From NCBI GenBank assembly GCA_046761065.1, contig JBHIFL010000058.1:1-26289 (forward strand): DNA of 26,289 nucleotides, written 5' to 3'. The position numbers were made by a program, and so were the translations under genes. The stretch comes from Candidatus Heimdallarchaeota archaeon. GTDB taxonomy: Archaea; Asgardarchaeota; Wukongarchaeia; Wukongarchaeales; JBHIFL01. Every line of letters begins with the position of its first letter. Positions within the stretch are counted from its first letter, which is position 1. Below, piece by piece: positions 17,297-26,289 of this stretch. The notes beneath the pieces are model-generated. The model was given only the letters and a program-made list of their open reading frames with translations, was not told the origin of the DNA and did not search any database.

Positions 17297-18040
17297 TTAC
17301 CAAGTAGCAAATTCCCGATATAAGCCACTTGGATACACAACAAAATAGGAGAGAGTAAGTTCAAGTATACTTAACCAAGTATTGAATAGAAAGACACCAA
17401 TCACAAAAAGCAAGAAAAGTTGGCCAGTTGAGACTTGGTTTATATAATCGTGAAGTCCAAAGAGGTTTTCCATTGGCCATTGCCAGAACCAATAATAGAA
17501 AGATTGTGGAACCTCACTTGGGGAGATCCAAATATTAAACATGTAATACACGTTGATGGGGATTGCAAAAAAGAGATTCACAAGTGTCATGACAATACAG
17601 CGGACCAAGACGGCGGGAGCAAATAGTGTAACATAAATTCTGCGGTGTGCCAATGTTTCTGATGCAAAGGGCCTGTGTTGAAGTCGTTTCAATAGAAAAG
17701 GGGTAATCAAGATCATAGGCACTATTGCTAAAAATTTGGTAACCGCTCCCACGAGAGGTACGATCTCTTCCGATAAGACGGCGATGGCAACAAATCCGAT
17801 GGTTGAGGTAAAAAGGCCCCCACGTATCCCAAAGAGGAGAAACGCCACAATCCAAGGCACAGCGACGAAATCTATGAATGAAATTCCCCAACCCGGCACT
17901 CTAATATCGGGAAGTAAAACAAACATCCAGGAAGTTGCCCCTAGGAGCGCAGATCCTGCTAACACACGCGTTTGGATTTGCTGAGGAGAAAGAGCAAGTA
18001 ATTCAAGCGATTGTGAATCAGACACAAGATCCACCGCCAA
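17297..18040 (-). CDS. ECF transporter S component (RibU-like) membrane protein
   Basis: About six hydrophobic segments. LAGSALLGA in helix 1, IDFVAVPWIVAFLLFGIRGG and RCIVMTLVN...P match S-component patterns. Confidence 0.75.
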   Translation of the reverse strand: MAVDLVSDSQSLELLALSPQQIQTRVLAGSALLGATSWMFVLLPDIRVPGWGISFIDFVAVPWIVAFLLFGIRGGLFTSTIGFVAIAVLSEEIVPLVGAVTKFLAIVPMILITPFLLKRLQHRPFASETLAHRRIYVTLFAPAVLVRCIVMTLVNLFFAIPINVYYMFNIWISPSEVPQSFYYWFWQWPMENLFGLHDYINQVSTGQLFLLFVIGVFLFNTWLSILELTLSYFVVYPSGLYREFATW

Positions 18041-18065
18041 CTACTTGGGCTTGGCTCCTTTAAAA

Positions 18066-18086
18066 ATTTACCGAAAATAGGTAAAT
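18066..18086. promoter_or_regulatory. Perfect inverted repeat ATTTACC-N7-GGTAAAT upstream of the ECF S-component gene; candidate operator
   Basis: Sequence atttacc gaaaata ggtaaat, about 25 bp upstream of the start codon in an AT-rich promoter region. Confidence 0.4.
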
Positions 18087-18196
18087 ATTACTTAAAAATG
18101 AGTATCATTCTCTAGTCGATTCTCGATTGTTAGTTTTAGAATAGGAACATTGATACGAAGTTAAAGATTAGACGGATTCAAAAGAACAACTGACTA

Positions 18197-19456
18197 CTAA
18201 CTCTTAGGAAGTACTTGAGTAGACTCCTTCGATTTGGAGGGCGTCATAAGGATCTCTTCAGCTTCTTGTCTTTGCACCAACAATTTATCTCTTATCCACG
18301 AAAGGAGAATTCCTAGGATGAAAAACCCTATAACAACTGGAGCTAGGATCGAGAGTAGTATCTCGGGTTGACTTATCTCCAGACTTTGAAGAAGGGGTTG
18401 TGCATTATTGGGGATAAGTATGAATAGTTTCATCAGACGACTTGGGTTAAGAAGTACCCAAGCTATGATGACTACTACAACCATCCTGATGATTAAATTG
18501 GGGACTATCGCAGCTGCGATACGTAAGGCTTTAGGGGAAACGCTTTCTGCAGTAAGGGTCTGTTCCGCATCGGGATTCTGTGTTACAAGGGTCTCGAAGT
18601 ATGTTTTCAACCGTTGATTGACACGATATTCCTCTTCCCCCCGTTTGAAAATGCGCCTCTCCAATGCTTCTCTAAGATAGGTTATTGCCTCCATACTAAA
18701 TTTAGCACCACGCGAACTTGTTGGCATTCTTGTAATATCTGGTGCAGCCTCCTCCCTCTTTGGGACATATTCTCGAACTTGTTTAATATGGGAGGTGATA
18801 CGACGTCGCCTCCCCACAAGGGGGTCGATAATTCGGTAGCTATACGCTGCACTAAAGGAAATTTCTAAGTAAAGATAGGTGAGGAGTCCCGCCTGAAAGA
18901 GCGGTGAGCTAAGAAGATCAATTATTGACTTAGAGGAGTATTGAAGGAATGAATCGTCGATCGTGTCAATATAACTGTCTGTGAGAAATCCTACGATCAA
19001 TACCAGCTGTAAACAAATAAATGCCATAGTGGCGAGTTTTGTATCACAATTACGTAAAAAACCGATGCTTGCTATTATCGCCAAGGGTACTACAACAAAC
19101 AACGCAAAAGACACAAGAGAGGCAATAAATAGGCGGCCTGGTGTCATCTCAGCAGTTGCAGGAAATAATTCTCCGAGAAGGGCACGTGGGTCGGTAGGGG
19201 TCGTCTCTTGGCCAAAGATACCGTTCCAGATCGAACCGTAGATTGTGATCGTAACAGGCGAGTTCAAATCCCCTTGCCCTGCTAAAACGCTAATTAACAC
19301 AGAAAGAATCCAAAGTAAAACGAGAATCAATTTCCCCACATTTAGAGCCCGATCGACTTCCCAAACATCCGGACTGACATTAGAAATAATAACATAAAAG
19401 GAGAGTCCAAACATGACAATCGACAAGATTCTTAGGCTATTCATGATCTTTCTCAT
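18197..19456 (-). CDS. Hypothetical polytopic membrane protein, last gene of the MoxR cluster
   Basis: 419 aa with about seven hydrophobic segments and a large basic soluble loop. Co-oriented, 57 bp downstream of the DUF58 gene. Confidence 0.8.
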   Translation of the reverse strand: MRKIMNSLRILSIVMFGLSFYVIISNVSPDVWEVDRALNVGKLILVLLWILSVLISVLAGQGDLNSPVTITIYGSIWNGIFGQETTPTDPRALLGELFPATAEMTPGRLFIASLVSFALFVVVPLAIIASIGFLRNCDTKLATMAFICLQLVLIVGFLTDSYIDTIDDSFLQYSSKSIIDLLSSPLFQAGLLTYLYLEISFSAAYSYRIIDPLVGRRRRITSHIKQVREYVPKREEAAPDITRMPTSSRGAKFSMEAITYLREALERRIFKRGEEEYRVNQRLKTYFETLVTQNPDAEQTLTAESVSPKALRIAAAIVPNLIIRMVVVVIIAWVLLNPSRLMKLFILIPNNAQPLLQSLEISQPEILLSILAPVVIGFFILGILLSWIRDKLLVQRQEAEEILMTPSKSKESTQVLPKS

Positions 19457-19513
19457 GTTCTATCCCTCTTTCTAGATTTTCCTTCAGTTTACGCAGGTTT
19501 GGTTATTTTTATT

Positions 19514-20944
19514 TCACATCATGCCTTTTCCAAGGCGCTTTGCCGTGTAATATTCCTTGATCACAATGGGTAGATAATCATCAGGACCTACATTAACCAC
19601 ATCTACCTCGAACCGCTTTAGCGCCCGCTCCACTTTCCTCCGCACCCCAAGGTACTCTTCTGCTATCGCCTCCGCTAGTGCTTTCTCCACCGGAGAAAGT
19701 TCCTCGATTCTTGCCTCAAAGAACGGACCAAACGGCGCGACCACTGTTACTGGGTTCTTCGTCGTCCGCGCCTTTCTAATCGCATCGATGATTCGTTCTG
19801 CACGCGCGCCTTCAAGATCTGTTAAGAAAACATAAAATGCTGGCCGTGGTTCTCGACGAATAATATAGTTCACGGCCTTCAGGGGATTTGCCATACCCCC
19901 TGGTTCGACCAAAGCTAAATTCTCTAAAATATCAAAGAATGTTCTCTTTCCTGCGCCGGGTGTGATGTACTGATGCACTTTGTCACTGTAAATGGCCATT
20001 CCAACAAGATCTTTCCGTTCCAAGGCCATATGAGCTAAGAGCATAGCTGCACGAATTGAAAAATCTAATTTGGTGTTATTAGGAATACCCGCTCCCATGC
20101 TTCCTGAACAATCTAAAAAGATCATGACCCGGATGTTTCGCTCAATCTCAAATTCCCGGACAATCAACTTCTGCGTTCGTGCGAACGCCTTCCAGTCGAT
20201 GCGTCTGAACTCATCACCTGGCATGTAAGGTCTTAAAGCATGGAATCGATCCCCAAGTCCGATCTGGCGGGTTTTATGGACCCCAAACAACATGCCAATT
20301 TGACGGCGGTGGGCAAGGGCATCCATCCGCTTTATATCTGTATATTCAGGAAGAACGAGAATGGTGGTTGCGTCACCGACAATTTCCTCTTCGAAATAAA
20401 AGCCCATTCGATCGTAGATGATAATACGTGTAGGTCCAATAGTAAATTTGCCCCGTTGGGTGGTTCGGAGGATATAGGAGAAGGATATTGTCTGTCCAGG
20501 ATCTATTCGAGTGGTGATGTAGTTTTCACCAACTGAGAGTTGAAGGGCTTCACTTATGGGATCATAAATCTCAAGAAAATCAATCCTTGTTCGGGAAGTG
20601 TTGGTGACATGAAGTGAAACATGGCAATACTCCCCCATGAACACCTTTTCTTTGTCTAATGTGCGTTCTATTTTAATCGCACCTCCGATCGCACTGAATC
20701 TGAAAGCCGGAAGTCCAACAACTACAGCGAGAATGCAAATGACGCCCATAAAGAGGCAAAAATCTTCAAAAGTAGGAGGCAGCACCATCTCTTGGGGGGG
20801 CGTTCCCGCTTCCCCGCCTCCAAATGCGCCACGTAAGAGTTGTATATACTTAATTAGGCCCCTTATGCCTTCGAATGAGAGCCCTATTGCAATTAAGAGG
20901 ACACCGGCTACAAGCACAAAAGCCCCTCGGGGCGACATACCCAT
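19514..20944 (-). CDS. DUF58 / VWA domain protein with two N-terminal TM helices
   Basis: FHALRPYMPGDEFRRIDWKAFAR...LIVREFE, MIDAS-like FLDCSGSM and FLTDL. Confidence 0.93.
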   Translation of the reverse strand: MGMSPRGAFVLVAGVLLIAIGLSFEGIRGLIKYIQLLRGAFGGGEAGTPPQEMVLPPTFEDFCLFMGVICILAVVVGLPAFRFSAIGGAIKIERTLDKEKVFMGEYCHVSLHVTNTSRTRIDFLEIYDPISEALQLSVGENYITTRIDPGQTISFSYILRTTQRGKFTIGPTRIIIYDRMGFYFEEEIVGDATTILVLPEYTDIKRMDALAHRRQIGMLFGVHKTRQIGLGDRFHALRPYMPGDEFRRIDWKAFARTQKLIVREFEIERNIRVMIFLDCSGSMGAGIPNNTKLDFSIRAAMLLAHMALERKDLVGMAIYSDKVHQYITPGAGKRTFFDILENLALVEPGGMANPLKAVNYIIRREPRPAFYVFLTDLEGARAERIIDAIRKARTTKNPVTVVAPFGPFFEARIEELSPVEKALAEAIAEEYLGVRRKVERALKRFEVDVVNVGPDDYLPIVIKEYYTAKRLGKGMM

Positions 20945-21010
20945 AAGAAGTCACACCTCACTTCATTTCACTTCACGTGGCTAAATCTAACGTGATTATT
21001 GATTTTAAGG

Positions 21011-22006
21011 TTAAACTGGGCATGGAATCTCATCAATAATGTCTTTGACTATCTTTTCTTGAGTGATCCCCTCAAGTTCAGCCTCTGGTTTCAAGATTAG
21101 TCGGTGTTGAAGAACTGACGTCAGCATATATTTTATGTCATCTGGGATGACATAATCCCGGCCATGGATAGCGGCTCTTGCTTTTGAAGTGATAAGGAGA
21201 CCAATGGAGGCTCTAGGCGATCCTCCGAGTAATATTCGCGGGTCATTCCGTGTCCTGAACACAATATCTCGAATATATGATTGGAGATCTTTATCTATGT
21301 GAATCCGTTGAACAATATCTTGAGCTGCTACAATTGTCCTAGGGGAAGTGACGGCGCGTGCCTTGTGGTACTTTGGCGCATGTTTTAGATCGATGATCTC
21401 TAGTTCTTCTTTTTCAGTAGGATACTTTACAATTGTTTTCAGCAAAAATCGGTCTATTTGGGCTTCGGGGAGTGGATAAGTGCCTTCTTGTTCTATAGGG
21501 TTTGCTGTCGAAATGACAATGAATGGCTTTGGCATTGAATAAGTTGTCCCCTCAATTGTCGCTTGTTTCTCTTGCATTGATTCAAGTAGAGCGCTTTGGG
21601 TTTTAGGTGGTGCCCTATTGATCTCATCAGCCAAGATTACATTTGCGAAGATTGGTCCTTTTTTGAGCTGGAAACTTCCTTTTGTAGGATCAAAGATATT
21701 TGTTCCATAGATATCAGCTGGAAGCAAGTCGGGAGTGAATTGGATTCGGCTGAACTCACTGCCTAGACACTGAGCGAAAGTGTTAGCTAAGAACGTTTTA
21801 CCCAATCCAGGCACGCCTTCGAGGTACACATGACCTTCGCACAAGAGAGCGAGAAACATTTGTTCAATCGTTTGTAGCATTCCCACGACTGTTTTCCCTA
21901 CTTCTTCTCTAATTTGTTTCCAGAGGCGGCCCACATCTGCTACATCTAATGTTTTGTCCAATGTTGGTACTGTTTCACGTTCTTCGAGTTTTTCAGTTTC
22001 CGTCAT
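21011..22006 (-). CDS. moxR: MoxR family AAA+ ATPase
   Basis: GVPGLGKT, RIQFTPDLLPADI.G, LADEINRAPPKTQSALLESMQE, NPIEQEGTYPLPEAQIDRF and GGSPRA. Confidence 0.97.
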   Translation of the reverse strand: MTETEKLEERETVPTLDKTLDVADVGRLWKQIREEVGKTVVGMLQTIEQMFLALLCEGHVYLEGVPGLGKTFLANTFAQCLGSEFSRIQFTPDLLPADIYGTNIFDPTKGSFQLKKGPIFANVILADEINRAPPKTQSALLESMQEKQATIEGTTYSMPKPFIVISTANPIEQEGTYPLPEAQIDRFLLKTIVKYPTEKEELEIIDLKHAPKYHKARAVTSPRTIVAAQDIVQRIHIDKDLQSYIRDIVFRTRNDPRILLGGSPRASIGLLITSKARAAIHGRDYVIPDDIKYMLTSVLQHRLILKPEAELEGITQEKIVKDIIDEIPCPV

Positions 22007-22195
22007 ATTAAACCCTCTAACTCGATTAATTCTTCAGATCTATAATACACCTGATAGGAGGGATTTCAGTCCCAATACTTTGCGTTTGGCCCTCCACTAA
22101 TTTTAGACCATCTTGAATGAATATATGTGCCTCCCTCTCAAATGAAATTTTTTCTCGACTCCAATGTTTCTGAGCCCTGAATTTGGGATCCAAGC

Positions 22196-23839
22196 TTATG
22201 TCGCCTCCTCACCTACAAGTTTATCAGTTATTGACTTCAAGAAATAGAAATACTTCAAAAATTGCTCCTCATTCATTCCTCTTCCCTTGAAAGCCGTTTG
22301 AATCTGTTTAAACCGTTTGATCAACTCATCCGGATCTATTGTTGGAATTAAAGAGGTTATAGCACGAGCTATAGGTTCGGGTTCTGTTTCAGCAATCTTT
22401 GTCTTTTCATGGACAATCCTGCTTAATCTCCGGTACAGTAGATGTAAAGCTTGCCCATATTGCTCGTATTCTGTATACCATCGCATTTTAACTGCAAAAA
22501 AGCTTCGCCCATAGTATCGTTCAATTTTTGATAAAAGACGAGCTGATACTGGAGTTCTTTTAGGCATGAACCGGCGAGTAATCATGAGAACAAAGATAGG
22601 GAAAAATGGAGCGGTGAAAGGAAACATGGTCATAAGGGCAATAAAGCGCATGGATTCTCCTGTGTACATGATCGGGCTGCGGGGGGAATTTTCCAAGTGG
22701 CCTTCATCAAAAAAGAAGACGGGACGATCGCCGTATCCTTTGGCGGCCCATTCGATGAGCCCTTCTGCAAGGTCTCGATTTTGTGTATTAAGCGCTTTAG
22801 GATCAGTTATGCTGTATTCAGGATTCGTAGGATCAAGATATTTATTGATAAAAATAGAAGGATCTGCACAAAGGAAGAGTTTGGATTGGGGACCGAACTG
22901 CATTCCAGTAGCTACACAAAAACCTGTCGCATACTCAACATCCTCAAAGGTGTAATTACCATAATCTCCCGCATTCAGGGTCACATCAATCGATAATGAG
23001 AGACCCCCAGCCCACTCTTCTCCGGGATTCCAAAGGTAATGTCCTTGTTCTGCGGCTTTGACAGAAGTTTCGAGCCAAGCGTAGTGAGTACTTGTTTCCA
23101 ACCAACCGAGTAGACCTGGAAAGGGCATCCACCACGTCTCATTTGTATCAGTAGCTCTTACTTGCATTGAAAGAATGGTGGAGAAATCAGCAATAATGTT
23201 GTCAACTCGGCGACCAAGAGCTCCTGACAGTAATTGCGCGTACTTATTCTGGTGAAGTATTGGGCGCGTAGGTGACAAGGAATAGTCCGAAGTTTCAATC
23301 AGAACAGACTGATTGAACCCGATCCCAGCAAATGCAATATCACGTATTTCTCCCTCCCGTTCAACAGATAGGGTGAAATTTTCTCCAATTCCACCAACAC
23401 CAATCAAAGAACCGGCAGCTCGGATCAGGGTATTTAATCCTCTTAAGAGATCATTCCCCGTCCCAAAATCATCGGCGATGATAATAGTACCTCCTCGCAT
23501 GAGGAACAGGACAAGGGCAGCCGCTTCAGAGATGTCATAATGGACAGCAGGACCCATGATGACAAGAATCCCCGACTCATTTTCTTCAAGGCGGTTGACT
23601 GCATTAATCGAAGAGACGATGGTCTTTACAGCATCTACATAGCCATCCCCGTCGCTATCTGTTGGAAACTTACTTTCAACTATTGTTCGAAATTCACTTA
23701 AGCCATTCCAGTCCTCATTATAGATGCTGAACGGCGTTTCAGTTACCGATCCTAATGGAGTAGAAAACAGAGTAAAGGGAAGGACTATAGCAACAAATAA
23801 GACGATTAGCAAAGTAGTTCCTTTTCCTATACCTGCCAT
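22196..23839 (-). CDS. DUF4350 domain membrane-anchored protein
   Basis: N-terminal TM/signal, FSIYNEDWNGLSEF, GGTIIIADDFGTGNDLL, ADPSIFIN and FFDEGH, a second TM, and a cytoplasmic helical tail. ATG 23839 follows AGGAGGAG. Confidence 0.88.
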   Translation of the reverse strand: MAGIGKGTTLLIVLFVAIVLPFTLFSTPLGSVTETPFSIYNEDWNGLSEFRTIVESKFPTDSDGDGYVDAVKTIVSSINAVNRLEENESGILVIMGPAVHYDISEAAALVLFLMRGGTIIIADDFGTGNDLLRGLNTLIRAAGSLIGVGGIGENFTLSVEREGEIRDIAFAGIGFNQSVLIETSDYSLSPTRPILHQNKYAQLLSGALGRRVDNIIADFSTILSMQVRATDTNETWWMPFPGLLGWLETSTHYAWLETSVKAAEQGHYLWNPGEEWAGGLSLSIDVTLNAGDYGNYTFEDVEYATGFCVATGMQFGPQSKLFLCADPSIFINKYLDPTNPEYSITDPKALNTQNRDLAEGLIEWAAKGYGDRPVFFFDEGHLENSPRSPIMYTGESMRFIALMTMFPFTAPFFPIFVLMITRRFMPKRTPVSARLLSKIERYYGRSFFAVKMRWYTEYEQYGQALHLLYRRLSRIVHEKTKIAETEPEPIARAITSLIPTIDPDELIKRFKQIQTAFKGRGMNEEQFLKYFYFLKSITDKLVGEEAT

Positions 23840-23879
23840 CCTGCTCCTCCTTTGAATCAATGTTCAAGAGATCTTTTTT

Positions 23880-24368
23880 CTATCGGTCAGAAGCACGCAT
23901 GGAATCCGTAAGAGCCTTTTCTCCAGAGACTTTCATAATTTCTACGAGTGATTTGTAAGCTTTCTCAAATTCTTCACTAGTTACTTCGCTTCTACCATAT
24001 CTAGCATGTTCGAACCCATGTAACAAGTCTAATAGTGCTCGACCCAGTGGAGATCGGGGGGCAATTCCCGCTTGTTGGGTAAACATCGCAAAATACTCTC
24101 GGGGAGATTGTGAAACTTTTCGAGGAGCTCGATAGGATCGAGCAGCATGCATGGAGAAGGCCCTCCATGCCTCTATCAATCCCTCTCTGTACTTACGTGC
24201 AGTTCCCAATTCCCGAATCTGCAACATCTTTTCTTCAATGTCTCGGGTAGATATCGTGATTGGCTCTTCCGGTCTGGGCCGTAAGTGTAATCTTATGCGA
24301 AAATAATAAATAACTACACCGATGAGAATCGCTGCAATACCCGACACAATGAGGATTGTATCAACCAT
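23880..24368 (-). CDS. DUF4129 domain protein with an N-terminal TM anchor
   Basis: SQSPREY...FEHARYG...VTSEEF signature; hydrophobic residues about 5-23. Confidence 0.85.
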   Translation of the reverse strand: MVDTILIVSGIAAILIGVVIYYFRIRLHLRPRPEEPITISTRDIEEKMLQIRELGTARKYREGLIEAWRAFSMHAARSYRAPRKVSQSPREYFAMFTQQAGIAPRSPLGRALLDLLHGFEHARYGRSEVTSEEFEKAYKSLVEIMKVSGEKALTDSMRASDR

Positions 24369-24767
24369 TTTCGTTTCGTCCTGACTTTATTAAACATTAT
24401 TCTTTAGATCGAGCTTATGCTCCTTGTCGGAAAGGGGACTATTGTTATAATTAAAGTATGCGCTTTTTCAATCACGTACCTAGTTTTTGCTTGTTCCTCC
24501 AACTACCTTAAAAGTTAAGTGACACTTCCAATTTCTCTTTGGTGCCTTTGTTGATTATTGTACTAGTTTGTCATTCCTTGGATAGTGAAGAATATTCCTG
24601 TAATAAACGAAATGAGGTATAGGGAGGAGTTTCTCTCATTGCTATGTTTTCTATGTATGGTTAATCAGAGTTAAATATCAATATGAGGCTTTCATTCAAT
24701 ATTGTACTATGAAAAGCATCTCACGCATCTACCTAAGATCTTAAAAAATCATTTCAATCCCATAAAC

Positions 24768-26289
24768 TCACTTTATGGACAAAATCAGGCCTTTCTTATG
24801 AAGGAAGTAAGCGATGACTACTCCACCCAATATACCGAAACTGTCAATGAGCGCAAAAGTAAATAGATTTGGACCTGGGGGCTTCAAGATTGTGAATGTA
24901 GTCGTATTAGCAGAAAAAGTAATGTTTGTCTTGGTAATAAAGCGGAGTTCAAACCGATACCTTCCAGGAGGGGGTGTAGCTAAAGTAACAGAGAACTCTC
25001 CCTTTTGATCTGTACTAGTTTCAGTCATACTAACCTCGTTATCTGTAGTATCATCAGTTAGGATTACCTGTAGAGGACGATCATTTATGGGATTGGCAAG
25101 ATCATCCACAAGTTGCCCTTTAACTGTAATATTAATGTTCTTCTCGTAGATCACACCCATACTAGGATCTGGGGTTATTTTCCCTTTAAATGATTCATTC
25201 CAAATTGCTATACGTAGATCAATGTTCTGGAATGCAGCATTCACAAATATGTGTACAGTTTTATTGGATACAGCTTTTTGATAGCCAGGAATTTGGGAAA
25301 ATGTCGTCATAAGCATATAAGGACCCGTTTGATCGACAGATGGTGCGTGAATGACTGCTCTGAAATCACTATTCTCATCTGTAGTGGTAGAGATAGATTC
25401 GGGATAGCCATCCCAAGCTATCATAATTGATTGACTTCCTGGGATCGGTTCTCCAAACTGGTCGCGGAGGCTACCTGTCACCTCAATAGTTTCCCCTTTG
25501 TAGACTGTAGTACGATTGACTTCGAATTCTATGATTGTGGGGCCATAAGGGGTAATTTCAACCGGGTATTCTGCAGAAGAGGCTTCATAATATTCAGAAA
25601 CGTCATACTTTGCATAAATTTTACGTGTTGTCTCTTCAGGTACATCGGGGACGGGTAGAATCGCAGAAAATTGACCCCGGGTATCAGTTGAACTCTCTGT
25701 TAGAGGGGGTTCCCCCTCCCAATTCAGGGTAATTATTGCAGAACTAATCGGCTTCTTTTGGTCATCAACAAGTGTTCCATTGACTTGGATGTCGCCTCCA
25801 GAGTACGCCTTCTCATAAACCAGCGGTTGGACTGTAAAGTCTTGGATTTCGGTTAGACTCCGAATTGTAGCTATTTTAGTTTCAGAAGACGGGTCCAACC
25901 CAGAATCTGGTGCATCTGCCCAGATTAGGAAATTACCAACCGGGATACTCCCATTCAACTGAAGAAAAACAACAAAATTCCCTAACTCATCCGTGATCGC
26001 AGGTTCTATCACGTAGATAGTGCGTCTGTCTTCAGAACTTAAATACACCTCGATGTTCACACCCGGAATGGGAGAAATCCCGTAAACCGAATCATTCTGC
26101 ATCTGGCCTTGGACCAAGATGGACGCGTTCCTAAACAGCTGAACATCGGGATCAGAGGGTTCTAGCAAAACAATTTTATATTTAGGAGGGGTGATCGGGA
26201 CAACTCGGAGCATCGCCATTGTTGAGCTTTCAGTATAATATGGGACGCGTCCAGCATAATCTGCTCGAATTGTGAAGTCTTTGGGTTCA
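24768..26289 (-). CDS. Cell-surface protein with tandem Ig-like repeats and a C-terminal TM anchor (5'-truncated by the window)
   Basis: The frame stays open from 26219 to the window edge (EPKDFTIRADYAGRVPYY...). Four repeats of G.L.D....PI....I...TD..G.F. C-terminal hydrophobic helix followed by HKK. Confidence 0.85.
   Translation of the reverse strand, partial: EPKDFTIRADYAGRVPYYTESSTMAMLRVVPITPPKYKIVLLEPSDPDVQLFRNASILVQGQMQNDSVYGISPIPGVNIEVYLSSEDRRTIYVIEPAITDELGNFVVFLQLNGSIPVGNFLIWADAPDSGLDPSSETKIATIRSLTEIQDFTVQPLVYEKAYSGGDIQVNGTLVDDQKKPISSAIITLNWEGEPPLTESSTDTRGQFSAILPVPDVPEETTRKIYAKYDVSEYYEASSAEYPVEITPYGPTIIEFEVNRTTVYKGETIEVTGSLRDQFGEPIPGSQSIMIAWDGYPESISTTTDENSDFRAVIHAPSVDQTGPYMLMTTFSQIPGYQKAVSNKTVHIFVNAAFQNIDLRIAIWNESFKGKITPDPSMGVIYEKNINITVKGQLVDDLANPINDRPLQVILTDDTTDNEVSMTETSTDQKGEFSVTLATPPPGRYRFELRFITKTNITFSANTTTFTILKPPGPNLFTFALIDSFGILGGVVIAYFLHKKGLILSIK

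Noticed and set aside
22070-22090. c-di-GMP-I riboswitch, suggested by ACGCAAAG on the minus strand
   Set aside because: The upstream GGCAAAC/GNRA hairpin and the second stem are not present.
24369-24767. tRNA/ncRNA or small gene in the 399-bp gap
   Set aside because: It is AT-rich, with no cloverleaf/T-loop motif, no convincing ORF and no repeat array visible.
14307-25658. Many 60-130 aa + strand ORFs opposite lig, the GIFT gene, the ECF gene and the MoxR cluster (likewise antisense ORFs inside 846-2440, 3252-7714 and 11020-13287)
   Set aside because: They lie antisense to well-supported genes and have no recognisable motifs; treated as shadow ORFs.
1-26289. CRISPR array, IS element/transposase, integrase, rRNA or tRNA
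   Set aside because: No regularly spaced repeats, terminal inverted repeats, recombinase motifs or structural RNA signatures were seen by eye; tRNAscan/Infernal would be needed to exclude them formally.

Overview
This is a 26.3 kb archaeal chromosomal segment, very probably from an Asgard archaeon. The evidence is an Asgard-type profilin, an archaeal ATP-dependent DNA ligase, a type II MetAP, a Sm/Lsm protein, DUF211, and GGAGG ribosome-binding sites with frequent TTG/GTG starts. In order, the window holds: (1) a decayed HerA/DUF87-type ATPase gene whose frame carries seven in-frame stops but almost no indels, followed by an intact distal part with a nuclease-like C-terminus; (2) a Nudix hydrolase and an oxidative-stress cluster (two rubrerythrins, a ferritin-like protein, and a CxxC-less TrxR-fold ferredoxin-NADP reductase); (3) housekeeping genes (map, DUF211, nitroreductase, ureohydrolase, Sm); (4) a 755-aa protein with CdvA/SHOCT-like coiled coils and three split PRC-barrel-like repeats, convergent with profilin; (5) DUF167, DNA ligase and a cytoplasmic IFT52-like GIFT-domain protein coupled to it; (6) an ECF S-component; (7) a MoxR-DUF58-DUF4350-DUF4129 membrane/surface cluster ending in an Ig-repeat surface protein that the window edge truncates. 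No rRNA, tRNA, CRISPR array or IS element was recognised. All family calls come from motif recognition by eye; no database search was run.
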